Translations under genes and position numbers: made by a program
Assembly: GCA_024277435.1 (NCBI GenBank)
Contig: JAJRVJ010000028.1
Coordinates: 14,114 to 78,113 of the forward strand
DNA from: Patescibacteria group bacterium
GTDB taxonomy: Bacteria; Patescibacteriota; Patescibacteriia; UBA9570
DNA: 64,000 nucleotides
Reading direction: 5' to 3'
Shown here: positions 1 through 8,916 of the stretch, piece by piece
How the letters are laid out: each line of letters begins with the position of its first letter
How positions within the stretch are numbered: position 1 is the stretch's first letter
Notes under the pieces: generated by a model
The model's input: the letters and a program-made list of their open reading frames with translations, nothing else
Databases searched by the model: none
Told to the model about the DNA's origin: nothing

Positions 1-300
1 GAAGAACTTGGTGACGAAGCTGTTGCTGAGGATGGCGAAGAAGTTCCAGAACTTACAACAGAAACTCTTACCGTTACAGCAGATTACACAGTTGAATCTG
101 TAACTGATAACGTATATGTACTTGCACTTACAAACTTTGCTACAGAAGCAAGCGATAAAGAACTTACTGAAGGATTTTCCGCAGAAGAAATGGAAAAGGA
201 ATTAGGTAAGTTAGAAGTAACTCTTACTTCTGAAACTGAAATCAACGTGAAGCCAGAAGGTGGATCTGACACAGATGTATTAACTCTTACTAAAGAATAA
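1..300 (+). CDS. 3' end of an acidic hypothetical protein; partial gene running into the window from upstream
   Basis: Frame 1 is open from nt 1 to the TAA at 298-300 and reads EELGDEAVAEDGEEVPELTTETLTV...LTLTKE. A hairpin terminator follows. The minus-strand ORF 84-359 in the track has a junk-like composition. Confidence 0.4.
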   Translation, partial: EELGDEAVAEDGEEVPELTTETLTVTADYTVESVTDNVYVLALTNFATEASDKELTEGFSAEEMEKELGKLEVTLTSETEINVKPEGGSDTDVLTLTKE

Positions 301-336
301 TACAGCGGATAGCAAAAGCGTAGAGAAATAAAAAGA

Positions 337-373
337 GAAGATGCAGCAATGGGTTGCATCTTCTTTGATTTTT
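337..373 (+). terminator. Rho-independent terminator
   Basis: GAAGATGCA-(loop)-TGCATCTTC stem followed by TTTGATTTTT. Confidence 0.55.
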
Positions 374-427
374 AGCTACAGTGGGGCCCCATAAATAACC
401 ACGCAACGTGGTTGGAGGACGTCAGTC

Positions 428-544
428 ATGGAGATTTTCAGTAACTTGTCCGAGTGGCTCCAGATCATCCTGGTGCTCCTCCTCGGCCTCGGTGGCCCGC
501 TCGTCTTGGCTGGGATCATGATGCACAAGGCACTCACCGATCCG
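428..544 (+). CDS. 38-aa hydrophobic peptide (MEIFSNLSEWLQIILVLLLGLGGPLVLAGIMMHKALTDPIL)
   Basis: ATG is preceded by GGAGG at -9. There is a single transmembrane-like segment, a hairpin ACCACGCAACGTGGT upstream, and hairpin plus T-run downstream. Confidence 0.25.
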
Positions 545-740
545 ATCCTGTAGGAGCATGGTGGATCGCAGCATACCAACCCGGGCGACCGGGAGTGAAC
601 CTACAACCTAGATCTGGCGCTGGGAAGCCCACGAGCACATCTGTGTTCGTGGGTCGCGTTTTTTATTATGGAAATATCTCTATAAATGAAGCGGCCCCGC
701 GTCGAGATGTCTCGAACGCGGGGCGTGGGCTCCTCCTGAT

Positions 741-977
741 CTAGTGGTCGTGGTGGCTGGGGTAGTCCACGACCTCTTCCTCGAACCACTTCCAGCCGAG
801 GAAGTGGTTGCACAGGAGCGGGATGGCGCAGGTCACCGCGCCAATCCCCAGGCCCCTGAGAATCTGGCTCAGGGGCACGACTACGCCAGGCGGCTCTCCC
901 ACCGCGCCAATCATGATGATCGCTCCGAGGGCCAGCATGGCCCCCATGACCTTTTGCAGGATGGGATTCTTCTTCAT
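741..977 (-). CDS. 78-aa two-transmembrane small membrane protein (MKKNPILQKVMGAMLALGAIIMIGAVG...)
   Basis: An internal Met of ORF 741-1073 has GGAGG 7 nt upstream. There are two hydrophobic helices and the gene is high-GC. Confidence 0.35.
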   Translation of the reverse strand: MKKNPILQKVMGAMLALGAIIMIGAVGEPPGVVVPLSQILRGLGIGAVTCAIPLLCNHFLGWKWFEEEVVDYPSHHDH

Positions 978-1122
978 CGGCGCCTCCAGCGCGAGGGGGG
1001 GGTGCAACCTATTAGTCCACCACGGACTATAAAATTGTGGCAGCAGCCTATCGCTAAAACACCCTTTTGTCAACCCTTTATGTATGTTCTATATATGCTA
1101 TACTTCTTGTATGGGACATATT

Positions 1123-1680
1123 ATGGAAAATCAACGCGTTGGTGTATTTATCGATGTACAAAACATGTATTACTCGGCTAAGGCGTTATATGGTAAGAAA
1201 GTTGACTTTGGAAAGATACTAGAAATCGGTTTGGCCGACCGCACATTAGTACGGGCTCTTGCATATGTTATTCGATCAGAATCTGGCCAAGAAAAATCAT
1301 TTTTTGAAGCGCTGGAAGAGCGCGGATTAGAGCTTCGAGCTAAGGATTTGCAAACATTCCATGACGGTAATAAAAAAGGCGATTGGGATATCGGTATTGC
1401 CATGGATGTGATGCGTATCGCAAGTAAACTAGATGTCGTGGTATTAGTATCTGGTGATGGCGATTTTGCAGATCTTATGAAGCATGTTAAAGCATTAGGT
1501 TGTCGGTCTGAAGCTATGGCATTTGGTGAATCATCTTCTATACTATTACGTGAAGAAGCTGATGAATTTGTTGATTTATCGAAGTTTACAAAAGATATCC
1601 TCATTAATAACCCGAAAAAGCGAACTACGAGAGCTCCGCGAACACCGCGTAAAGCTTCTATCAAAAAACCGCGCGCTTGA
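1123..1680 (+). CDS. NYN-domain (LabA-like/PIN-like, PF01936) protein
   Basis: Motifs VGVFIDVQNMYY and DVVVLVSGDGDFADLMKHVKALG are typical of the NYN/LabA family. The C-terminal tail is basic. The start was chosen at MENQRVGVF. Confidence 0.7.
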   Translation: MENQRVGVFIDVQNMYYSAKALYGKKVDFGKILEIGLADRTLVRALAYVIRSESGQEKSFFEALEERGLELRAKDLQTFHDGNKKGDWDIGIAMDVMRIASKLDVVVLVSGDGDFADLMKHVKALGCRSEAMAFGESSSILLREEADEFVDLSKFTKDILINNPKKRTTRAPRTPRKASIKKPRA

Positions 1681-1839
1681 AATTGGTTCCATTTTGTGCT
1701 ATCATAAGAAGCACAATGAATTGGAGGCGAAACAACCTATACGGTTTTACTAATCCAACGTGTATCGTAAATACTATTATACGCCGCTCTTAACCGAGCG
1801 GCTTTTTTAATATCTAAGATAATTTTAAGCTTTCGCATT

Positions 1840-4809
1840 ATGTTATCACTATCAAGATACATTCGCATATTAGGGCTATTTTTCACCAGTGTACTATTAA
1901 GCGTGGCTTTAGTTCAGCCAACCATGGCATCAATTGAGAATGATTCTCATATTTCTTCAGCAACCGTAAGTGTTGCTAGTAACGACCTTGGTGAAACTAC
2001 TACGTATACAGTAGAATTCACGAATTCATCGGCTATCAGCTCTGGCGAGGAAGTTAGTATTGATATTTATGCTACAACTGGTTGTTTAGAAGGAGATTGG
2101 TCGGATTGTAATGCTAATTTTGATGTAGCTACCGTTAGTGGAATTTCTGGTACTGTTGCAACTGAAGATTCGGCAGTATCAAGTTATTCATCATCTGATG
2201 ATAAGGGGTATTATGCAATATATACCAACTATAATGATAGCGGGTATTGGGCATCAGATTTGTATAGCGTTACAGCGTACCCAGGAGATGAGTATTCCGA
2301 CTACATGAACACTAAAGAAAAAGTAGAATATAGTGGTAGTTCATTAAGTCAGGATATTGAGCTCACTCGCTCAGCCTACTTTTTTGGAGGAACCATTACG
2401 TATGGTGCGAATAGTACAACAACTATCAGCGCAGAAGGCGAAAAGTATAGTTATTCAGGTGTTGTTCGCAATCGCTGCGCTCCTTGCGAACAATGGCTCC
2501 GGGATTCGCCCGTGTCATCCGTAGTCGCTACGCGACTCCGTACAACACGGGTTATACGCCATTTTACTTCACCGACTTCGTCGGTTTCGTAAAACATCGT
2601 ATAACCCGGAGCCATTATAACAGTTGATAAGGGTAATAATGATATAAGTCTTACAGCGGACCTATTAGGTTCATCTGTAAATTTCACAGTTATTGATACC
2701 AATGGAGATCCGGTAGAAAATGTATCCGCTCAGGTGTGGGGTGAAGATTTCTATCGTGGAGTAAATACCAATGCAGCTGGTGAGGCTACAATTTTTGTTC
2801 CTGCGAACATTAAGTTGGAGGCTAGCGTATGGCACAATCAATATCTCTATGGGGGAGAAACACAATCTCTGGAATTAGAAGCCGATAAATCGATTAATGT
2901 TGAATTCACTGTTGAAGCGCCAGATGCCAGCATTGATGTAACATTGCAACTGGAAGATGGTAGCGTGCCAGATAGTTTATATGGGTATGCCTGGTGTGAA
3001 ACTAATGACTATTCCGAAAATTATGGTAATGATTTCTATAACGGCACTACTACTATTTCAGTATTAGTAGACGATGAAACAGGTAAATTTAAAGGTAATT
3101 GTAGTGTATGGATGTCCGATGATACTTATAGCATTGATAGTCAGCAAGAGGTCTCTGTAGGTAATGGAGAAACTACGGAAGTTACATTTACATTAAAAGA
3201 TCGTGACGCTGCGGTAGTAGTGAACGTTAAGAATTTTTCTACAGGAGAGCTCATTGGCGCTAACGAGGAGATTAATGTGTACTTATGGAATGAAGATAAT
3301 GTGTGGTATGATGCTCGACTATCAGAAAATCCAACAGAAATTCCTGTAACATCAGGTAAAGATTGGTATGGTGGCGTGTGGTCTGAAGATGCTGGACTCA
3401 TTCCATTATGGAGTTTAAATGATAAATCGGTTGCGCCAGATAGCGGTGAAACAGCAACACTTGTTCTTAATGTGCTTGAACAAGATGGTGTTGTTACTAT
3501 GAATGTATCGGGACCAAATAATGAAACGGTTGAATATGGTTGGGCATGGTGTGGTAACTGGAGCGATGAGTTTATCGATTCGCAAAGTGCAGTAGTAGAT
3601 TCTGGAGCAGAAATTATTAACGGTGTAGCTGAAGTGCCATTAGTAGCTGGGTATACATATAACTGTGGGGTTGGTTTGCCACCAGAATATGTAGATCTTG
3701 GCTGGATGTCTCCATTAGAGCAACAGGTTGAGTACACTGATGTGAGCCAAGAGATAAACACTCTTTCATATCAATTCACAGAAGCTGATGCAATCCTAGT
3801 TGGTACAGTGAATGGTACTGATGTTAATCATATCTGGTGTTGGTCCTGGAGCGAGAATGGCGGTCATTCATATACAGAAACTGAGCCAGGTGAAGAATAT
3901 CGATTGAACGTACAAAGTGATCGTAAATGGTTTGCTGGTTGTGATGCTCATCAGGGTAGTACGTGGTATTGGACAGACGAATATGAATTTACCGCTCAGG
4001 AAGGTGAACAATCGCCATGGACAGCCTACGAAGATTCCATTAATGAAACTTTTGATGCTACAGAAAGTAAGGTAATTACAGCGCCAGATAGCACAATGCT
4101 TACAATTCCGTCTAGTACTTTAGCGGATTCTGGTAATGTAACTGTTACTGGAACGCAGGTACGAGAGATGTATCATACTGATGATAATCCGGTAATGCCG
4201 GCTTGGGATTGGGAAGCTACAGATGCTAATGGTCGTCTCATTGAAACATTTAATGGACAAGTTACCATGGAAATTCCATATTCAACTGAAGCGCTAGATG
4301 CAATTGGTACCACAGAAGATGCACTATTCGCCAAATACTACGATACGACATTGGGTGAGTGGCGCTTACCAGATAACTACTCTATTGATAAAGGAAATAA
4401 CATATTAATTGTTAATACCAATCATTTCTCCCAATATGGCATAGTATATAATGGTCGCTTGGCTGAAGCGGTAAGTAAGCCGAAGCAGGCTAAGAAAATT
4501 AATATTAACAAACGCGCTAAAAAACTGCTGAAATATACTGTAGTGTTAAAGGGTGCTTCGGATCGTCCAACTAAGCTACAGCGTCAAATCCGTTGGAAGA
4601 AGAACGGTAAAAAAGGTAAATATACCAAATGGAAACGTAAGAAAAAGAAGAGTATTAACTCAACAAGCAGTAGAACCAAATGGAGATTTACCGAAAAGAA
4701 ACTTCGTAAAGGAACTAAATATCAAATCCGATCTCGTTTCTGCAACTCAGCTGGTTGTGGTAAATGGAAGAGAAGAACGGTTACTACGAAGGGTAGATAC
4801 GTAAGATAG
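1840..4809 (+). pseudogene. Large secreted protein gene interrupted by a 153-bp repeat element. N-terminal fragment 1840-2592, C-terminal fragment 2620(2734)-4809.
   Basis: There is a signal peptide (MLSLSRYIRILGLFFTSVLLSVALVQP). Both ORFs are in the same frame. Removing 2467-2619 (153 bp, 51 codons) joins ...YSGVV to TVDKGNNDISL... without any stop. The element supplies the stops at 2590 and 2602. The last 110 residues are strongly basic (K/R-rich). Confidence 0.6.
2467..2619. repeat. 153-nt structured repeat element (MITE-like), copy 1
   Basis: It is near-identical to 51567-51719: 4 substitutions within the first 40 nt, the remaining about 113 nt identical. It has nested inverted repeats (ATGGCTCCGGG/CCCGGAGCCAT, CCCGTGT/ACACGGG, TTATACG/CGTATAA) and an ACCGAC-TTCG-GTCGGT hairpin. 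Confidence 0.85.
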
Positions 4810-4818
4810 ATGACGTAA

Positions 4819-4848
4819 GTAGTAGGCGCGATTAATCGCGCCTACTAC
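4819..4848. terminator. 30-nt perfect GC-rich palindrome GTAGTAGGCGCG-ATTAAT-CGCGCCTACTAC, a terminator/operator-like element
   Basis: It is a perfect palindrome immediately 3' of the large secreted-protein gene. Its core GGCGCGATTAATCGCGCC is shared with the palindrome at 13513-13552. Confidence 0.5.
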
Positions 4849-4871
4849 AACAATACAATGCCCAAAATAAA

Positions 4872-4901
4872 GCCCGGAACGATCATGTGCCGGGTTTTAT
4901 T
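4872..4901 (+). terminator. Rho-independent terminator
   Basis: GCCCGG...CCGGG stem followed by TTTTATT. Confidence 0.4.
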
Positions 4902-4908
4902 GCTTATC

Positions 4909-4937
4909 TTGACTGGATAGCCCTGCATTGGTATACT
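4909..4937 (+). promoter_or_regulatory. Sigma70-type promoter (TTGACT-N17-TATACT) for rpsO, with about 140-nt leader
   Basis: Near-consensus -35 and -10 hexamers with a 17-nt spacer. The long structured leader before rpsO is consistent with S15 autoregulation. Confidence 0.5.
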
Positions 4938-5080
4938 CTCCACTACATTGAGCTATAGGCAGTCTATCTGCAACTAGTTCTTTGGAAGACAATTTAATTC
5001 ATTTGATGTCGATTTTCTCGGTTCGATACGCATTAATAAGCGTTCTTACTCGGAATATCGCTAAGTTAAGTAGAAAGAAC

Positions 5081-5353
5081 ATGATTACCAAGGAGCAAAA
5101 GGATAAAATTATCCAAAAATACGCAACAAAAAAGGGCGATACTGGTTCACCGCAGGTACAGATCGCTATTTTAACGTATGAGATTAATGATTTATCAGCT
5201 CATCTTAAAACACATAAGAAGGATTTTTCTTCTCGACGTGGTCTTCTTAAAAAAGTAGGTCAACGTCGTCGTTTAATGCGATATTTAAAAAAAGAGAACC
5301 TAGCTGAATATGAAGCGCTAATTAAGCCTCTTAAAGTAAAGGATAGTGTCTAA
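5081..5353 (+). CDS. rpsO: 30S ribosomal protein S15
   Basis: [69 protein letters not shown] is canonical S15. The start is at the internal ATG at 5081 rather than the ORF-track start. Confidence 0.9.
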   Translation: MITKEQKDKIIQKYATKKGDTGSPQVQIAILTYEINDLSAHLKTHKKDFSSRRGLLKKVGQRRRLMRYLKKENLAEYEALIKPLKVKDSV

Positions 5354-5918
5354 CCGTCCTGCCGTTAAAGATAATGTGTTCTCAGTATTCATTATCCTAG
5401 CGGGATTAGTTGTTGTAGGGACGGTTATTATGCTCAATCAAGCGCCGCAGGTTCGTGAAAGTGATACTATTTTGGCTCACGGCGGGGTAGGTGATATCGA
5501 AGAAGCTGAAATTACAGCAGCCTTAAACAATATAAATAAAGTAGCTCCAGATGAAGAAGCCGAGGAGATAGCAGAAGTTATTGCTGGGGACTTAGTTGAG
5601 CCTATTACATTTACAATCAATACTAGTGCTACAGTGAATGATGAGGGTGATATTACATCATATCGTTTTGGCGAAGATGATGTAATTAATGTTATGCCAC
5701 TTGATTTTCAAGATATGGTATTGAACGAAAACTCAGTAATTGGAGAAGAAGAGGTAGTAATTGATGGTGTTACTGGAAAGCGTATCACTATTTCAAGTGC
5801 TAAAGATGGTAGTTCAGTAGAGATTATTCACGTGGAGCATGGTCGTCAATTATTCGATATTCGTGGTACGGAAGATTTTCTAGACGACATAGATCAATAC
5901 GTTACATTTACTAATTAA
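5346..5918 (+). CDS. Hypothetical N-terminally membrane-anchored acidic protein, inserted between rpsO and pnp
   Basis: ORF with one N-terminal transmembrane segment ([20 protein letters not shown]) and an acidic extracytoplasmic part. The GTG start overlaps the end of rpsO. Confidence 0.5.
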   Translation: MSNRPAVKDNVFSVFIILAGLVVVGTVIMLNQAPQVRESDTILAHGGVGDIEEAEITAALNNINKVAPDEEAEEIAEVIAGDLVEPITFTINTSATVNDEGDITSYRFGEDDVINVMPLDFQDMVLNENSVIGEEEVVIDGVTGKRITISSAKDGSSVEIIHVEHGRQLFDIRGTEDFLDDIDQYVTFTN

Positions 5919-5943
5919 TATAAGAATTTACTAATTAATCTTG

Positions 5944-5997
5944 TCTGTAGATAATTAGATTCTCACACACAGTATCCGAGAGTCTGTAATCTACAGA
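5944..5997 (+). promoter_or_regulatory. Leader hairpin that sequesters the pnp start codon
   Basis: TCTGTAGAT (5944-5952) pairs with ATCTACAGA (5989-5997). The right arm ends on the A of the pnp ATG. This resembles RNase III/PNPase autoregulatory leader hairpins. Confidence 0.3.
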
Positions 5998-8225
5998 TGA
6001 GTAACAAAATACTTATGCAACAAATCAAAGAATACTCCATGGAATGGGGGGGTCGCACACTAACGATTGAATTTAATCGTTATGCTGGGCAAGCTAACGC
6101 TTCCTGTACCGTACGCTATGGCGATACAATGGCGCTTGTAACGGCAGTAATGTCCGATCAAGTACGTCCAGACGTAAGCTATTTTCCACTGATGGTGGAA
6201 TTTAGTGAAAAAATGTATGCAGCTGGAAAAATTTCTGGTTCACGTTTCATTAAACGAGAAGGTCGACCTTCCGATGATGCAGTATTATCATCACGTTTAA
6301 TTGATCGAGCAATTCGGCCATTATTCACTGAAAGTATTAGTAACGACATCCAAATCCTCATTAGTATGCTGGCTTATGATGAAGAGTCTGATCCTGATGT
6401 AGTTGGAATGGTTGGTGCAGCAGCAGCGTTAATGGTTTCTGATATCCCTTGGGATGGCCCACTAGCTGGTTGTAGTGTAGCTGTGAAAGATGGAGAAATG
6501 ACAATGAATCCTGGAAAAACAGCTCGCACCGAATCTGACTTCAACGTATTTGTTGCTGGTCGTGATGAGTTAACCGTAATGGTTGAAGCTGACGGAGCTG
6601 AAGCATCGGAAGATGAAACATACAAAGCTATTGAGTTTGGCGTAAAAGAAATGCAGCCAGTAGTTGAGTTCTTAAAGAAGATTCAATCAGAAATTGGTCT
6701 AGAAAAAATAGTAATTAAAGCTCCAGAGTTGTCTGACGAAGACAAGAAGTTAAAAGAATTAGGTGAAGCTAAGGGTGCTGAGCATTATGCCGAGCATGGT
6801 GCCGCGTTATTCGGGCCTACAACTAAACGTGAACGTCGCATCAAGCAAGACGTTATCATGGACGCACTTAAGGCTAAATTTGCTGATGAAGAAGCGGTAG
6901 CGGCTAAATTTGCTGCGAAGAAATTTGCCACATTATTTCAGGAAGAAATGATTACTCGCATCTTTACTGATGGAAAACGCGTTGATGATCGTAAGTTAGA
7001 TGAACTTCGTGAGTTGAGTGCAGAAGTTGATTTAATCCCTCGTGTCCATGGTTCTGGATTATTTAATCGTGGTGATACACAAATTTTGTCTATTACTACA
7101 CTAAGTTCTCCAAGTGCAGAACAAATTATTGATACCATGCGCATAGATGAAAAGCGTCGGTATTTTCATCACTATAATTTCCCACCGTTCTCTGTTGGTG
7201 AAGCAAAGCCAATGCGTAGTGCAGGACGTCGTGAAATCGGTCATGGAATTTTAGCAGAGAAAGCAATCATTCCTGTACTTCCTTCAAAAGAAGAGTTCCC
7301 ATATACAATTAGGGTTGTTTCCGAAGTACTTTCTTCAAATGGTTCATCATCACAAGGTTCTATTTGTGGATCTAGCCTATCTCTTATGGCCGCAGGTGTA
7401 CCTATTACATCAGCTGTAGCTGGTATTGCTATGGGTATTGCATTTAAAGATGCCGAAGCTCAGGATGAGTATGTATTACTAACAGATATGAAAGACGTTG
7501 AGGATTATGAAGCTTCAATGGACTTTAAGGTTGCTGGAACTCGCAAGGGTATTACCGCTATTCAATTGGACATGAAGTTTGGTGGCATGACTCTAGAGAT
7601 GGTAGAAAAAACTCTTGAAGGTGCTAAAGTAGCCCGTGGAAAGATTCTCGATCAAATGGATAAAGCAATTTCTACTCCACGTGAAGAATTATCTGATTAC
7701 GCTCCACGTGTTCAAACAATGAAAATTGATCCAGAACGCATTGGTGAACTCATCGGACCTGGTGGAAAAATCATTAACGCTATTATCGATAAAACTGGCG
7801 CTTCAATTGATATTGAAGATGACGGTACAGTATTCATCGCTTCTGAAGATGGTGAGGCTATGAAACAAACAATCGCTATTATCGAAGATATCTTTCGCAC
7901 TGTAGAAGTTGGAGAAGTATATAACGGTAAGGTTGTAAAAATTCTTACAGATCGTAACGATACTAATAAAGAAATTGGAGCCATTGTACAACTTACAAAT
8001 AGTAAGGATGGTATGGTGCATATTTCTGAAATCGCACATGATCGTATCAATAAAGTATCCGACGTGATTAAAGAAGGTGAAATTATTAAGGTAAAAGTAA
8101 TTGCCGTAGATAAAATGAAGGGTCGTATCTCTCTATCTCGTCGTGAGGTGTTGGATGCTACAGATTCCGCAGCAACGCAATCATCAAAACCCACTAACAA
8201 AAATCCGTATGCCGGAGACCTCTAA
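5997..8225 (+). CDS. pnp: Polynucleotide phosphorylase (PNPase)
   Basis: N-terminal RNase PH-like domains (GGRTLTIEFNRYAGQANASCTVRYGDT) and C-terminal KH and S1 domains. Conserved rpsO-pnp synteny. Confidence 0.95.
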   Translation: MSNKILMQQIKEYSMEWGGRTLTIEFNRYAGQANASCTVRYGDTMALVTAVMSDQVRPDVSYFPLMVEFSEKMYAAGKISGSRFIKREGRPSDDAVLSSRLIDRAIRPLFTESISNDIQILISMLAYDEESDPDVVGMVGAAAALMVSDIPWDGPLAGCSVAVKDGEMTMNPGKTARTESDFNVFVAGRDELTVMVEADGAEASEDETYKAIEFGVKEMQPVVEFLKKIQSEIGLEKIVIKAPELSDEDKKLKELGEAKGAEHYAEHGAALFGPTTKRERRIKQDVIMDALKAKFADEEAVAAKFAAKKFATLFQEEMITRIFTDGKRVDDRKLDELRELSAEVDLIPRVHGSGLFNRGDTQILSITTLSSPSAEQIIDTMRIDEKRRYFHHYNFPPFSVGEAKPMRSAGRREIGHGILAEKAIIPVLPSKEEFPYTIRVVSEVLSSNGSSSQGSICGSSLSLMAAGVPITSAVAGIAMGIAFKDAEAQDEYVLLTDMKDVEDYEASMDFKVAGTRKGITAIQLDMKFGGMTLEMVEKTLEGAKVARGKILDQMDKAISTPREELSDYAPRVQTMKIDPERIGELIGPGGKIINAIIDKTGASIDIEDDGTVFIASEDGEAMKQTIAIIEDIFRTVEVGEVYNGKVVKILTDRNDTNKEIGAIVQLTNSKDGMVHISEIAHDRINKVSDVIKEGEIIKVKVIAVDKMKGRISLSRREVLDATDSAATQSSKPTNKNPYAGDL

Positions 8226-8784
8226 TACACAAGGAAAATTATTTGTTGTTACCGGTCCGTCAGGGGCCGGCAAGGATTCAGTGATTAACTCTGTAAAAGA
8301 GCTTGGTCTTGAATTTGGACAAGTAACTACAACTAGCACGCGGCCGATGCGCCATAATGAATCCGAAGGGAATCCCTATTACTTCATAAATGAGGCTGAT
8401 TTTAAGGAAAAAGTTAAGGGTGGCGATATGATCGAATGGGCTAAAGTGTATGGTAACCTTTATGGGTGCACAAAACAGGAGGTGCACGCCAAATTAGCTG
8501 AAAATAAGGTGGTTATCGTAAAGGTAGACCCTCAAGGTGCTCGATCGTACAAAAACATGATTCCAGACGCTGTAACTATTTTTATTATGCCTCCATCCTA
8601 CGAATACCTTGAAAGTAGGCTTGTAAATCGCGAAACAGATAGCAGAGAAGTGATTAAACAACGTCTAGAAACAGCCCAAAGAGAGCTGGAAAACCTATTA
8701 GATTGGGATCATTTAGTGGTAAATGAAGAGGGTAAGCTAGATGAAGCCGCTGATGAGGTTTTGAGTATTATCCACAGCATGTGA
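8209..8784 (+). CDS. gmk: Guanylate kinase
   Basis: GKLFVVTGPSGAGKDS P-loop, TTSTRPMR, NPYYFI and WAKVYGNLYG motifs. The start is at MPETS, overlapping the pnp 3' end. Confidence 0.9.
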   Translation: MPETSNTQGKLFVVTGPSGAGKDSVINSVKELGLEFGQVTTTSTRPMRHNESEGNPYYFINEADFKEKVKGGDMIEWAKVYGNLYGCTKQEVHAKLAENKVVIVKVDPQGARSYKNMIPDAVTIFIMPPSYEYLESRLVNRETDSREVIKQRLETAQRELENLLDWDHLVVNEEGKLDEAADEVLSIIHSM

Positions 8785-8842
8785 ATAACTATTGTGGATA
8801 ATACACGTACTTATTCACAGTAAAATGACACAAAATAATCAT

Positions 8843-8870
8843 AAAAAATAGCTAGAGTTAGCTATTTTTT
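8843..8870 (+). terminator. Rho-independent terminator after gmk
   Basis: AAAAAATAGCTA-GAGT-TAGCTATTTTTT. Confidence 0.6.
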
Positions 8871-8881
8871 AGTACCAATAC

Positions 8882-8910
8882 TTGACTTGGCCTTTTTTTT
8901 AGTGTATACT
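8882..8910 (+). promoter_or_regulatory. Sigma70-type promoter TTGACT-N17-TATACT
   Basis: Same architecture as the rpsO promoter. It drives the about 420-nt noncoding unit that precedes the next ORFs. Confidence 0.45.
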
Positions 8911-8916
8911 TATTAA

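Larger units (their letters stand above)
374..1030. other. Anomalous high-GC insert (about 60% GC) in about 40% GC surroundings, carrying two convergent small membrane-peptide ORFs
   Basis: The composition shifts sharply at about 374 and about 1030. Inside are two ORFs with strong GGAGG Shine-Dalgarno sites, separated by GC-rich hairpins at about 626-672 and 693-730. Confidence 0.5.

Noticed and set aside
84-359. Minus-strand ORF 84-359 (91 aa)
   Set aside because: The plus-strand frame 1 is open from the window edge to the TAA at 300 and has a protein-like acidic composition, followed by a terminator. The minus ORF is low-complexity junk, antisense to it.
454-1181. Track ORFs 454-744(+), 601-813(-), 744-1181(+), 808-1032(+)
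   Set aside because: Long stop-free stretches are expected in a 60% GC segment. Their products are Pro/Arg/Gly-rich nonsense, and 744-1181 crosses the compositional boundary. Only the two small SD-led ORFs were kept, at low confidence.
1170-1664. Minus-strand ORF antisense to the NYN gene
   Set aside because: It is fully nested antisense to a gene with clear family motifs and has no signals of its own.
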